In this document: positions 52,987-60,981 of the stretch, one piece after another | Layout of the letters: the number at the start of each line of letters is the position of its first letter | Position numbering within the stretch: position 1 is the stretch's first letter | The notes under the pieces: generated by a model | Told to the model about the DNA's origin: nothing | What the model saw: only the letters and a program-made list of their open reading frames with translations | Database searches by the model: none | DNA from: a bacterium | GTDB lineage: Bacteria > Elusimicrobiota > Elusimicrobia > Elusimicrobiales > UBA9959 | Reading direction: 5' to 3' | Length of the DNA: 64,000 bases | NCBI GenBank assembly: GCA_021847485.1 | Contig: JAJZRA010000001.1 | Coordinates: 20,757 to 84,756, forward strand | Program-made: the position numbers and the translations under genes

Positions 52987-53941
52987 GCGCGTCCGCGCTC
53001 CGCTCCGGCCCGGGGCCGGTAACGAACGTCCAGAAAGAAGCGTCCCTGATCAGGCCGGCGGCGGCGCGCAGGCGGGAGAGCAGTATGCCCGCTTTGGCCG
53101 CCGCGTCGGCGGGGGAAGGCCTCAGGAAATATTCCGCCATCTGCGGCACCCCGTGCCCGGCCACGAGCGCCGCCGCCAGCGCGGCCGCGGCGGGGGCCGA
53201 CCCGCACCTCTCGATGCGCGGGGCCGGGCCCCGGCGCAGCAGGAAAACGTGGGCCGGCCGGACCGGGCCGGAGGCCAGGCGCCCGGCGGCGCCGGCTGGA
53301 ACTAGGCGCTTCGGCGGATAATGGCGGCGGCGCAGGAGTTCCGCGCCGGGGAAGCGGGCAAGGTGGGGGCTGCCCCCGTCAAGCCCCACGCGCAGGGGGA
53401 AAGGCAGCAGGCCGGCCGGGGAGAGCAGCGGCGTGTCGTCGGAGATCAGCGCGAAGGCCGGGTCCCGCAGAAGCTCCAGCAGCAGCGTGGTCTTGCCCGT
53501 GCCCTGAGACCCGCAGAAGACAAGCCCCCCGGCCGCCGAGGCCAGCGCGCCCGCGTGCAGCCGGTGTAGCCCCCTCCGGTCCAGCCATTCGCCCGCGCGC
53601 GAGAGGACCAGCAGGTAAAGCAATTCCCGCAGCAGGTGCGGTTCCCCGGCGGAGACCCGGCATTTGCCGGAAACGTAATCCAGTTCGCAGAGGGCCCCTT
53701 CGGGGTACCAGACTTTCCTCGTCCCGGGAGGGGAGGCCAGCACCGTCCATTTGGCGCGGGCGAACAGCGCGCGGCCGGGCGGGCGGGGGACGGGGGCGAG
53801 CTCGGCCAGTACGTCCACGTCGGGAGGATCGCTCCCGGGGGCGGCGAAGGCCGCGAGGTCGGCGGCGAGGCCGGCCACCGCGGCGGCATCGCCGGCCGCG
53901 CGCACCCGGCAGCCGTGCACCAACAGGCAGGCCCGCGTCAC
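52940..53941 (-). CDS. HPr-kinase-like (HprK-related) kinase
   Basis: LHAGAL...GSQGTGKTT, LISDD, PFP; GTG start overlaps the upstream stop (GTGA). Confidence 0.78.
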   Translation of the reverse strand: MTRACLLVHGCRVRAAGDAAAVAGLAADLAAFAAPGSDPPDVDVLAELAPVPRPPGRALFARAKWTVLASPPGTRKVWYPEGALCELDYVSGKCRVSAGEPHLLRELLYLLVLSRAGEWLDRRGLHRLHAGALASAAGGLVFCGSQGTGKTTLLLELLRDPAFALISDDTPLLSPAGLLPFPLRVGLDGGSPHLARFPGAELLRRRHYPPKRLVPAGAAGRLASGPVRPAHVFLLRRGPAPRIERCGSAPAAAALAAALVAGHGVPQMAEYFLRPSPADAAAKAGILLSRLRAAAGLIRDASFWTFVTGPGPERSADALRDFLRSCSGPGGPR

Positions 53942-54903
53942 GCGCCCTCCCTGAGGCGGCGCAGCGTCCGCCTGAAGTTGTCCGGCGTGTCGGTGCGCAG
54001 CACCTCGGCGCCGGGCGGGAGGCGGCAGATGAACTCGGTGAGCATCGCGCCGGGGGCCATCTCGACGAAGAGCGAGGCCCCCGCGGCGGCCATGGCCTCC
54101 ACCGATTCGCACCACTTGACCCTGTGGTTGGCCCCGCGCAGCAGCGCGCGGCGCAGGCCGGCGCCGTCGAGATGCGGCCTGGCGTCGCAGTTGGCGTAGA
54201 CCGGGAAGGCCGGGTCCGCGAAGGGGCGGGAGTCGAAATAGGGGCGCAGCTCCGCGGCGTAGGCGTCGTAGGCGGAGGTGTGGAAGGCGTTGGGCTCGGG
54301 CGAGACGGTCAGCCGGTGGCGGCGCCCGGCGAGCGCCCGCTTCAGCCTGCCCACCGCGCCGGGCGAGACGCCGACGAAGCCTATCGAGGGGCGGGAGAAA
54401 TAGGTGATGAGCTCGCAGAAATCCCCGGCGGAGCGCAGCGCCGCGGCCGCCGCCTGCAGGGCCCGGCGCGGCACGCCGTAGACCGTGGCCAGCCGCGTCG
54501 GGAAGCGCAGGTTGTGGGGCTGGCCGCGGAGCAGCATCTCGCGGGCCGTGCCCAGGCAGTCCTCGGCGGAGAAGACGCCGGCGAAGGCGCAGGCGCTGAA
54601 CTCGCCCATGCTGCGCCCGGCGGCCATGTCCGCCGCGGCGCCGCCGGCGCGCAGCGCGCGGGCCACGGCGAGCGACAGGTAGAGCGTGACCTCTATGAAG
54701 ACGCTGGGATGGGGGGTGTCGGGAGGCGGGAACAGCAGGGACCTGTCCCCTTCGAACATGATCCGGCGCAGGTCGAACGGGCTGGCGGGGGCCAGCCGGT
54801 CCAGCTCCCTCCTGACCGCCGGGACGCCGCGGTAGAGGTCCAGGCCCATGCCGGGGTACTGCGTACCCGAGCCGGGGAAGAGGAAGGCCGTCCGGGGGCG
54901 CGC
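53938..54903 (-). CDS. FabD-like acyltransferase (atypical; canonical start missing)
   Basis: AFLFPGSGTQYPGMG, GRSMGE, AFHT, VKW..SV, FVEMAPG; first in-frame ATG (54849) lies inside the conserved N-terminal motif. Confidence 0.8.
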   Translation of the reverse strand, partial: ARPRTAFLFPGSGTQYPGMGLDLYRGVPAVRRELDRLAPASPFDLRRIMFEGDRSLLFPPPDTPHPSVFIEVTLYLSLAVARALRAGGAAADMAAGRSMGEFSACAFAGVFSAEDCLGTAREMLLRGQPHNLRFPTRLATVYGVPRRALQAAAAALRSAGDFCELITYFSRPSIGFVGVSPGAVGRLKRALAGRRHRLTVSPEPNAFHTSAYDAYAAELRPYFDSRPFADPAFPVYANCDARPHLDGAGLRRALLRGANHRVKWCESVEAMAAAGASLFVEMAPGAMLTEFICRLPPGAEVLRTDTPDNFRRTLRRLREGA

Positions 54904-54904
54904 G

Positions 54905-55009
54905 CTACGGCTTGAAGGCCGACGCGACTTCGCTGATCTTACCGTGGGATTTCACCTGCGGCTTCTGGTATTTCTTCTGCTTCTGCTGGGGTTTCTTCGG
55001 CTGTTTCAT
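54905..55009 (-). CDS. Putative RiPP precursor with lasso-type leader, MKQPKKPQQKQKKYQKPQVKSHGKISEVASAFKP
   Basis: Not in the ORF track; GGAGG 7 nt before the ATG; ATGA overlap with the PqqD stop; YxxPxVxxHG leader motif. Confidence 0.78.
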   Translation of the reverse strand: MKQPKKPQQKQKKYQKPQVKSHGKISEVASAFKP

Positions 55010-55287
55010 TCCGCAGCCTCCGGCGAGAGGATTTTGAGTCTGGAAAGGTCTTCGATGAAAGCGGCCACGTCGGCGGCCGCCTGCGCGGGCGGGATGCCGT
55101 ACTCGGCGGCGAGGGCCTCGGCTATCTTGGCCGGCCGGCGGCCCGCGGCGAGCAGCTCCCAGACGAAAGTGCCGGTCCCGTTGGCGGAATAGTACTCGGA
55201 GGTCCGGAGGTCCAGGATGACGGCCTCGTCCCCGGTCCTGCGCCAGGCGATAGTCTTCGGTACGGGGCTTTTCTTGTCCGCTGCCAT
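55006..55287 (-). CDS. PqqD-family RiPP recognition element (RRE)
   Basis: IAWRRTGDEAVILD..EYYSANGTGTFVWELL...LAAEY......DVAAFIEDL..IL. Confidence 0.9.
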   Translation of the reverse strand: MAADKKSPVPKTIAWRRTGDEAVILDLRTSEYYSANGTGTFVWELLAAGRRPAKIAEALAAEYGIPPAQAAADVAAFIEDLSRLKILSPEAAE

Positions 55288-55296
55288 GGGGCTATT

Positions 55297-56205
55297 CTAG
55301 CAAACTCGCGCGGGCGCGTGGCACGGGAAAATGCCGGGGCGCGTCCGTTCGCCGCCGAAGAAGCGCCGGAGGCCGCGGTCCGCCCGGCCGAGCGCGCGCC
55401 CGGAGTAGGGGCAGCTCCTGACCGAAAGGTCCGCGTCCACGAACAGGATCTCGCCGGCGGCGGCCGCGCAGTCCCGGCGCCCGGGCCGCACGCAGCCGCG
55501 CGAGAAACCGTCCGGCGCGGCGGCGGCCAGCGCGGCGGCGAGGCGCCTGGAAGGGGCGGCCTTGCCGCCGGAGCGCGGGGAATACATGACCGTCCTGGCG
55601 CCGTGCGCGCCGAGGCGCCGCGCCAGGGCCAGCAGGCGGCGGACCCCGGCGGCGCCGGGCCGCGCCGAGAAGAGGCAGGAGGAGACGTGCACGAAGAGCC
55701 CGGCGCCGAGCGCGGCGGCCACGGCGGCTTCGGCCTTGCGGAAGGAGCCGGGCCCGGCCAGCGCGTCGTGGCGGCTCCGCTCGGCGGAGTGCAGGCTGAT
55801 CATCGCCAGCGAGAGGCCCGCCGCCGCGAGTTCCGCCGCGCGGGCGGCCCCGAGGCGCTGGCCGTTGGTGTCGAGCTGGGTGAAGAGGCCGAGCCGGGAG
55901 GCCAGCCGCACGGCGGCGTCCAGCCCGGGGTAGAGCAGCGGCTCGCCGCCGAAGAAGGCGACGCGCGGTATCCCGGCCGCGGCGGCTTCCTTCAGGAGGC
56001 GGCGCAGGCGCGCGGGAGGGATGTCGGGGCCGGCGGGGCCGCCGCGGTACTTGCAGTGGCGGCACGCGAGGTCGCAGCGCGACGTCAGCCCGACGTAGAG
56101 CGTGTCCGGCGTGCCGGGCGGCAGGCCGGTGAGGCGGCGTTTGAGCACGGCCATGTCCAGGAGCGCGCGGGGCGAGAGGCGGAGTTTACCTGCTGCGGAG
56201 GCCAT
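55297..56205 (-). CDS. Radical SAM enzyme with Twitch/partial SPASM-like C-terminus
   Basis: CDLACRHC, FGGEPLL, TNG, ISLHS; C-terminal CAAAAGEILFVDADLSVRSCP and further Cys. Confidence 0.87.
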   Translation of the reverse strand: MASAAGKLRLSPRALLDMAVLKRRLTGLPPGTPDTLYVGLTSRCDLACRHCKYRGGPAGPDIPPARLRRLLKEAAAAGIPRVAFFGGEPLLYPGLDAAVRLASRLGLFTQLDTNGQRLGAARAAELAAAGLSLAMISLHSAERSRHDALAGPGSFRKAEAAVAAALGAGLFVHVSSCLFSARPGAAGVRRLLALARRLGAHGARTVMYSPRSGGKAAPSRRLAAALAAAAPDGFSRGCVRPGRRDCAAAAGEILFVDADLSVRSCPYSGRALGRADRGLRRFFGGERTRPGIFPCHAPARVC

Positions 56206-56227
56206 ACGGGAATTCTATAATATACTC
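56206..56227. promoter_or_regulatory. Overlapping bidirectional -10 elements, leaderless on both sides
   Basis: TATAAT (+, 56216-56221) and TAGAAT (-, 56212-56217), each 6 nt from its ATG. Confidence 0.6.
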
Positions 56228-56989
56228 ATGCTGGTGATTAAGGCCGGCGGCAGCGTGCTGACCCGCAAGGGGGACGTACCGGTCTTCGACCGGGCGGCCG
56301 CCGCGCGCCTGGCCGCGGAGCTCGCGCTGCTCCGGGAGCCCTTCATCCTGACGCACGGCACCGGCTCTTTCGGCAAACCTCCGGCCGTGCGCTACGGCTA
56401 CCTCGGCGGAAAGATAGCGCCGGGCGCGGCCCCGGTGGAGCGCATCAACGCCTCGCTGCTGGAGCTGCACCGCGCCTTCCTCGCCGAGCTGCTGGCGGCG
56501 GGGGTGCGGGCCGCGAGCCTCCCCGGTCCGGAAAATTTCGTCCTCAGGGCCGGGCGCCCGGTACCGGCGGACCCGGCCGCCCTGGCCGGCCTGCTCGGCC
56601 GCGGCGCGGCGCCGGTGGTGTCCAGCGGCATCTTCCCCGACGGGGCCGGCGGGGGGACGGTAGTCTCCAGCGACGCCCTCGCGGCCGGGCTGGCCCGCCT
56701 GTTCCGCCCCAGGCTGGCCGTCTTCCTGACCGACTCCGACGGCGTCACCGGCCCCGGCGGAAGACCGCTGCGCGAGGCCGGAGCGCGGGAGCTGCTGCGC
56801 GCCTGCCGGCCGGCGCCGGGCGACGTCAGCGGCGGCATGGCCGGCAAGGCCGCCCAGCTGGCGCGCATCGCCGCCCTCGGGATCCCGGCGGCGGTGACGG
56901 ACGGGCGCCGCCGCGGCTGGGGGGCCAGGCTCGCCTCGGGCGCCCTGCCGGGCGGCACCTTCGTCCGGCCCGGCCGAAGGCCGGCTTAA
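56228..56989 (+). CDS. Isopentenyl-phosphate-kinase-like amino-acid-kinase family protein
   Basis: VIKAGGSVLTRK, HGTGSFGK, VSSD, TDSDGV, DVSGGMAGK. Confidence 0.82.
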   Translation: MLVIKAGGSVLTRKGDVPVFDRAAAARLAAELALLREPFILTHGTGSFGKPPAVRYGYLGGKIAPGAAPVERINASLLELHRAFLAELLAAGVRAASLPGPENFVLRAGRPVPADPAALAGLLGRGAAPVVSSGIFPDGAGGGTVVSSDALAAGLARLFRPRLAVFLTDSDGVTGPGGRPLREAGARELLRACRPAPGDVSGGMAGKAAQLARIAALGIPAAVTDGRRRGWGARLASGALPGGTFVRPGRRPA

Positions 56990-57016
56990 GATTTGATATC
57001 ATAGTCCCCTGTAAAG

Positions 57017-58060
57017 ATGACCACTACCCGATTGTCCCTGAGCGGCCTCTACCGGCTCCCCTGGAGCGTGCCTGACAACATTATCTCGTGGATAGAGCCC
57101 ACCAAGAACTGCAATCTCTCCTGCCCCGGCTGCTATTCCCTTAATTCGCCGGGCGCGCACCGGCCCGCGGCCGAGGTCTCGGCGGAGCTGCGCCGCATAG
57201 CCGAAGGGGCCAGGTCCGACGTGCTGGCGATAGGCGGCGGGGAGCCGCTCACCTATCCGGGGCTGACGGAGCTTACGGCGGAGGCTAAGGCCCTCGGCTT
57301 CAAGCCTTTTCTCAACACCAACGGCCTGCTGGCCACGGCGGAGCGCCTGAAGGAGCTTAAGGCCGCCGGCCTGGCCGGCGTAACCTTCCACGTGGACAGC
57401 CTGCAGAACAGGCCCGGCTGGGAAGGCGCCGACGAGGAGAAGCTCAACGCCCTGCGCGCCGGGCTAGGGGCCCTGTGCCGCCCGCTGGGCCTTACCTGCT
57501 ATTTCAGCATGACCGTGACCGGCTCCAACCTGCCCGGCGTCCCGGCGGTCCTGCGCTGGGCCAGGGCCAATCCTGCGACGGCGCACATGGCGCTTTTCAT
57601 CTCCTACAAGGAACCGGCGGCGGGCGGGACCGCCTCCGCCGGCGCCGAGGCGCCTCTGCCGGAGGTATGGGCCCGGGCCGCGGAGGCCGAGCCGGGCCTC
57701 GAGGCCGCCGGCTACGTCAATTCCGCGCTCAAGTTCTCGAAGGCCAAGTGGCTGGTCTCGCTGGCCGCCGTCTCGCCTTCCGCCGGTGTGCTCGGCTATT
57801 TCGGGCCCCGGGCCCTCGAGGCCCTGCAGGCGGTCCCGCACCTGCTGCGCGGGCGCTATCCCGGCAGCGCCGCCCCGCGCTGGCAGCGGGCGGGGCGCTT
57901 GTTCTCGCTGCTTACGCTCTGGGACCGCGGGGCGCGCCGCGCCGCGCTGCGCGCTTTCCTGGAGCCGGCGGCCTGGACTTCCCCTGTCTGGCTGCAGCCG
58001 CTCGTCTTCATCGAGCCGGACACCCTGGTCAAGGACGGGCGCCCCGTCTTCTTCCTGTGA
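57017..58060 (+). CDS. Radical SAM enzyme of unknown function
   Basis: CNLSCPGC, GGGEPL, NTNG, FHVDS. Confidence 0.85.
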   Translation: MTTTRLSLSGLYRLPWSVPDNIISWIEPTKNCNLSCPGCYSLNSPGAHRPAAEVSAELRRIAEGARSDVLAIGGGEPLTYPGLTELTAEAKALGFKPFLNTNGLLATAERLKELKAAGLAGVTFHVDSLQNRPGWEGADEEKLNALRAGLGALCRPLGLTCYFSMTVTGSNLPGVPAVLRWARANPATAHMALFISYKEPAAGGTASAGAEAPLPEVWARAAEAEPGLEAAGYVNSALKFSKAKWLVSLAAVSPSAGVLGYFGPRALEALQAVPHLLRGRYPGSAAPRWQRAGRLFSLLTLWDRGARRAALRAFLEPAAWTSPVWLQPLVFIEPDTLVKDGRPVFFL

Positions 58061-58866
58061 TGGTCCTGCTGGAACGCCTTTCTTCCGCCCGCGCGCAGCT
58101 GCCGCTGCTCGCGCTGCTCTGCTTCCTGTACGCGGCCTCCCTGATGGGCCTGCCGCTCACCGGCGACGCGCTCAGGCTGGGCCTCGCCAATTACGCCTTC
58201 ATGCAGCTGGTCTATCTGGCGGACCGGTACTTCGCCCCGGCGGAGGACGCCGCCAACGGCGTGCGCCCGCCGGAGCCGCTGCCGGTGCCGGGCTCGGTCT
58301 TCTTCTTCGCGCTGGCCGCGGCGGCGGCCTATATCGCCTCCTTCCCGCGGCAATGGGTGTTCCCGGCGGCCGGCCTGCTGCTCTTTTTCCTCTATTCCTT
58401 CCCGCCGCTAGGCCGGCTGCGGCTCAAGAACTTCTTCCTGTCCAAGACGCTGATCAACGCCTCGCTCTTCACGGCGGCGGTGACGTTCTCCCCGGCGCTG
58501 CTCAGGTGGGGGGCGGAACCGCCGGTGCTGGCGGCCGTCGCGCGCGCCGCCGCCGGGATGTTCCCCGCGGCCCTCTGCCTGACGGTGCTGCTGGACGTGC
58601 GCGACGCGGCCGGGGACGCGGCGGCCGGGGTCAGGACGCTGCCGGTTGTCCTGGGGGCCCGCCGGGCTTCGCTGGGCGTAGCGGTACTTGCCGCGGCCGC
58701 GGGCCTGCTGGCCTGGCACGGCGGGTCCCGCTTCGGGACGGCTTTCTACGCGGTCCTCGCGGGGGCTTCGCTCTTCGCGGCGGGGCGTGGCCGGCTCTAC
58801 TTCGAGGGCTGCCTGCTGGCGCTCAACCTGCTGGCGGCCTGCGCGCTTTTCGGGGGATGGAGGTAA
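58060..58866 (+). CDS. UbiA-family prenyltransferase
   Basis: YLADRYF..EDAAN, YS..RLK, LDVRDAAGD..GVRTLPV; several TM helices. Confidence 0.82.
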   Translation: MVLLERLSSARAQLPLLALLCFLYAASLMGLPLTGDALRLGLANYAFMQLVYLADRYFAPAEDAANGVRPPEPLPVPGSVFFFALAAAAAYIASFPRQWVFPAAGLLLFFLYSFPPLGRLRLKNFFLSKTLINASLFTAAVTFSPALLRWGAEPPVLAAVARAAAGMFPAALCLTVLLDVRDAAGDAAAGVRTLPVVLGARRASLGVAVLAAAAGLLAWHGGSRFGTAFYAVLAGASLFAAGRGRLYFEGCLLALNLLAACALFGGWR

Positions 58867-58867
58867 C

Positions 58868-59896
58868 GTGGCGAAGCTTCACGAGACGTACCGGCTCAGG
58901 ACGCGGGAACGGGTCTATGCCAGGATAGCCGCCTGGCTGCGGGCCGAGGCCCGCGGGCTCGAGCCCTCTTTCGCCCGGCAGGTGGCGGACTACCCGCTCA
59001 GGCGCGGCAAGGCCGCGCGGGCCGCCCTGCTGACGCTTTTCTACGGGGCCTGCGGCGGCCGGGACGGGCGCGCCGCCGTCGACGCGGCGGCCGCCTACGA
59101 GATGCTGGAGTCGTGGGGTATCGGGCGCGACGACATCCTCGACGGGGCGCTGCTGCGCCGCGGGGGCCCGGCGCTGCACGTCAAGTACGGCCTGCCCTCG
59201 GCGCTGAACGCGCTGGACTACCTGCACGTGCTGGTCTTCAAGTTCATCCTGCGCTCGCGGGCCCTCGGCGCCGGGCAGCGGGACGCGCTCTTCGGGCTGT
59301 TCGCCGAGGCTTCGCGCCGGACTCTGGCCGGCCAGCACGAGGATATCCGCAGCCGCGGCCTCCCGCTGGAGCGCCTCACCGAGGCCAAATGCCTAGCCCT
59401 GGCCGGGGGGAAGACGGCCTACTATACCGTCTATTACCCGTGCCTGGCCGGAGCGCTGCTGGCGGGGCGCAAGGAGCCGCCCGCCCTCGCGGACTTCGCC
59501 TGGAGGATCGGGACCGCGTTCCAGCTCATCGACGACGTGCTCGACGCCGAGAACGAAGGCGGCGGGCGCTTCGGCAAGGCGGTGGGCAACGACATCCGCG
59601 AGCGCAAGCGGACGCTGGTCCTCTTGCGCGCCTACCGCGCGGCTTCGCCCGCGGAGCGCGGGTTCCTGCGGCGTCTCTACGAGGATTTTTCCGCCCCGCC
59701 GCGCGAGGCCGACGTCCGCCGGGCGCGCGCGCTGATGCTGCGCCTCGGGGCGCCGGCCGAAGCCAGGCGGACGGCGGAGGGGCTGGCTGCCTCGGCGCTG
59801 GAACTCTTCGAGCGCCGGCTCGCCCCGGGGCTGCGGCCGCGCGAGGCCGGGATCCTGCGCGGGCTGCTCGGCTTCCTTACCGGGAGGGACCATTAG
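58868..59896 (+). CDS. Polyprenyl diphosphate synthase
   Basis: GKAAR, DDILD..RRG, GQ..D, KTAYY, FQLIDDVLD, DIRERK; GGAGG-TAAC-GTG. Confidence 0.9.
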   Translation: MAKLHETYRLRTRERVYARIAAWLRAEARGLEPSFARQVADYPLRRGKAARAALLTLFYGACGGRDGRAAVDAAAAYEMLESWGIGRDDILDGALLRRGGPALHVKYGLPSALNALDYLHVLVFKFILRSRALGAGQRDALFGLFAEASRRTLAGQHEDIRSRGLPLERLTEAKCLALAGGKTAYYTVYYPCLAGALLAGRKEPPALADFAWRIGTAFQLIDDVLDAENEGGGRFGKAVGNDIRERKRTLVLLRAYRAASPAERGFLRRLYEDFSAPPREADVRRARALMLRLGAPAEARRTAEGLAASALELFERRLAPGLRPREAGILRGLLGFLTGRDH

Positions 59897-59966
59897 GCGC
59901 CCGTCCGTCCTCCTGCCGGGCTGCCGCTCCCTGGCCCTCGAGGACCGCTGCAGGACGGTCCTGCCT

Positions 59967-60980
59967 TTGATCACGGCGGCGACGCTGGATTCCCTGCCGG
60001 CGTCCTTTCCGGCCGCGTCCTTCCCGGGCGGCGCCGCCCGGGCCGGCGCGGCCGCCGGCAGGCTGCTGCGCCCGCCGGCCAGGCTTTACGTCGGGCGGAT
60101 GGGCAAGCGGCTGCGCCCGCTGATAACGGCCGTCGTCCTCGAAGGCCTCGGCCGGCGGCCCGGCCGTTTCGCCGGGGCCCTCGGCGCGATAGAGCTGATG
60201 GAGGCCTCGACCGTCAGCTTCGACGACATCATCGACCATTCCGACGTCCGGCGCGGCGGCCCGGCCACGCACGTCCTTTACGGCCGCGGGCGCGCCTACC
60301 TGGCCTACCAGGCCGCCTATAACTGGGCCTACCGGGCCTTCCTGGACCCGGCCCTGCCGCTGGAACCCCGGCGGCGGGCCGAACTGCTCTCCTCGCTGGC
60401 CCGCGAGATCTTCGCCTACGGCTACGGCCAGGCCTCGGAACTCCGGTGGAGCGCGCGCCGCCGCGCGCCGTCGCCGGGGGAGTACCTGTCGATGACCTGG
60501 GACAGGATCCGCTTCCTCTCTTTCAACGGGCCGCTGCGCATAGGGGCGCTGCTCGGCGGGGCGCCGCGGGAGGCCCTGCCGCGCTTCGCGGCCGCCGGCT
60601 CCTGGCTCGGCATGGCCTACCACCTGCACGGCGACGAGCTCAACCTGTTCCCGCGCTCCGCGGAGTGGGGCAAGCCCCTCGCCGACGACATCACCGGCGG
60701 CCGGTATACCTTCCTCTACCTGACCGCTATGCGGCTTTCCTCCGCGCCGCGCCGCCGCCTGCTCGCGCGGGCGCTGGGGGACCGCCGGATTTCCGGCGGG
60801 GCCCTTAAAAATGTTATAGATATAGTCCGGGACAGCGGCGCCGTCGCCGAGAACCGCAGGAAGATAGGCGTCTTCCACCGCCGGGCGGCGGCGGCCTTGA
60901 AGGGGCTGCCGCTGGCCGCCGGGAGCCGCCGCCTGCTGCTGGACCTCGCACGTTACATGGCCTATGACAGGACGAAATAG
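59967..60980 (+). CDS. Second polyprenyl synthase-like protein, degenerate second Asp motif (start may be 59892)
   Basis: GKRLRP, DDIID..RRG, GQ; SARM reads HGDELN and KT is replaced by RI. Confidence 0.82.
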   Translation: MITAATLDSLPASFPAASFPGGAARAGAAAGRLLRPPARLYVGRMGKRLRPLITAVVLEGLGRRPGRFAGALGAIELMEASTVSFDDIIDHSDVRRGGPATHVLYGRGRAYLAYQAAYNWAYRAFLDPALPLEPRRRAELLSSLAREIFAYGYGQASELRWSARRRAPSPGEYLSMTWDRIRFLSFNGPLRIGALLGGAPREALPRFAAAGSWLGMAYHLHGDELNLFPRSAEWGKPLADDITGGRYTFLYLTAMRLSSAPRRRLLARALGDRRISGGALKNVIDIVRDSGAVAENRRKIGVFHRRAAAALKGLPLAAGSRRLLLDLARYMAYDRTK

Positions 60981-60981
60981 A

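Noticed and set aside
54848-55192. 114-aa plus-strand ORF over the precursor
   Set aside because: Antisense to the RRE and peptide, which have an RBS, translational coupling and family motifs
52940-56205. Canonical lasso peptide or PQQ cluster
   Set aside because: No lasso cyclase or B2 protease and the core is too short; no PqqB/C and no ExxxY PqqA motif
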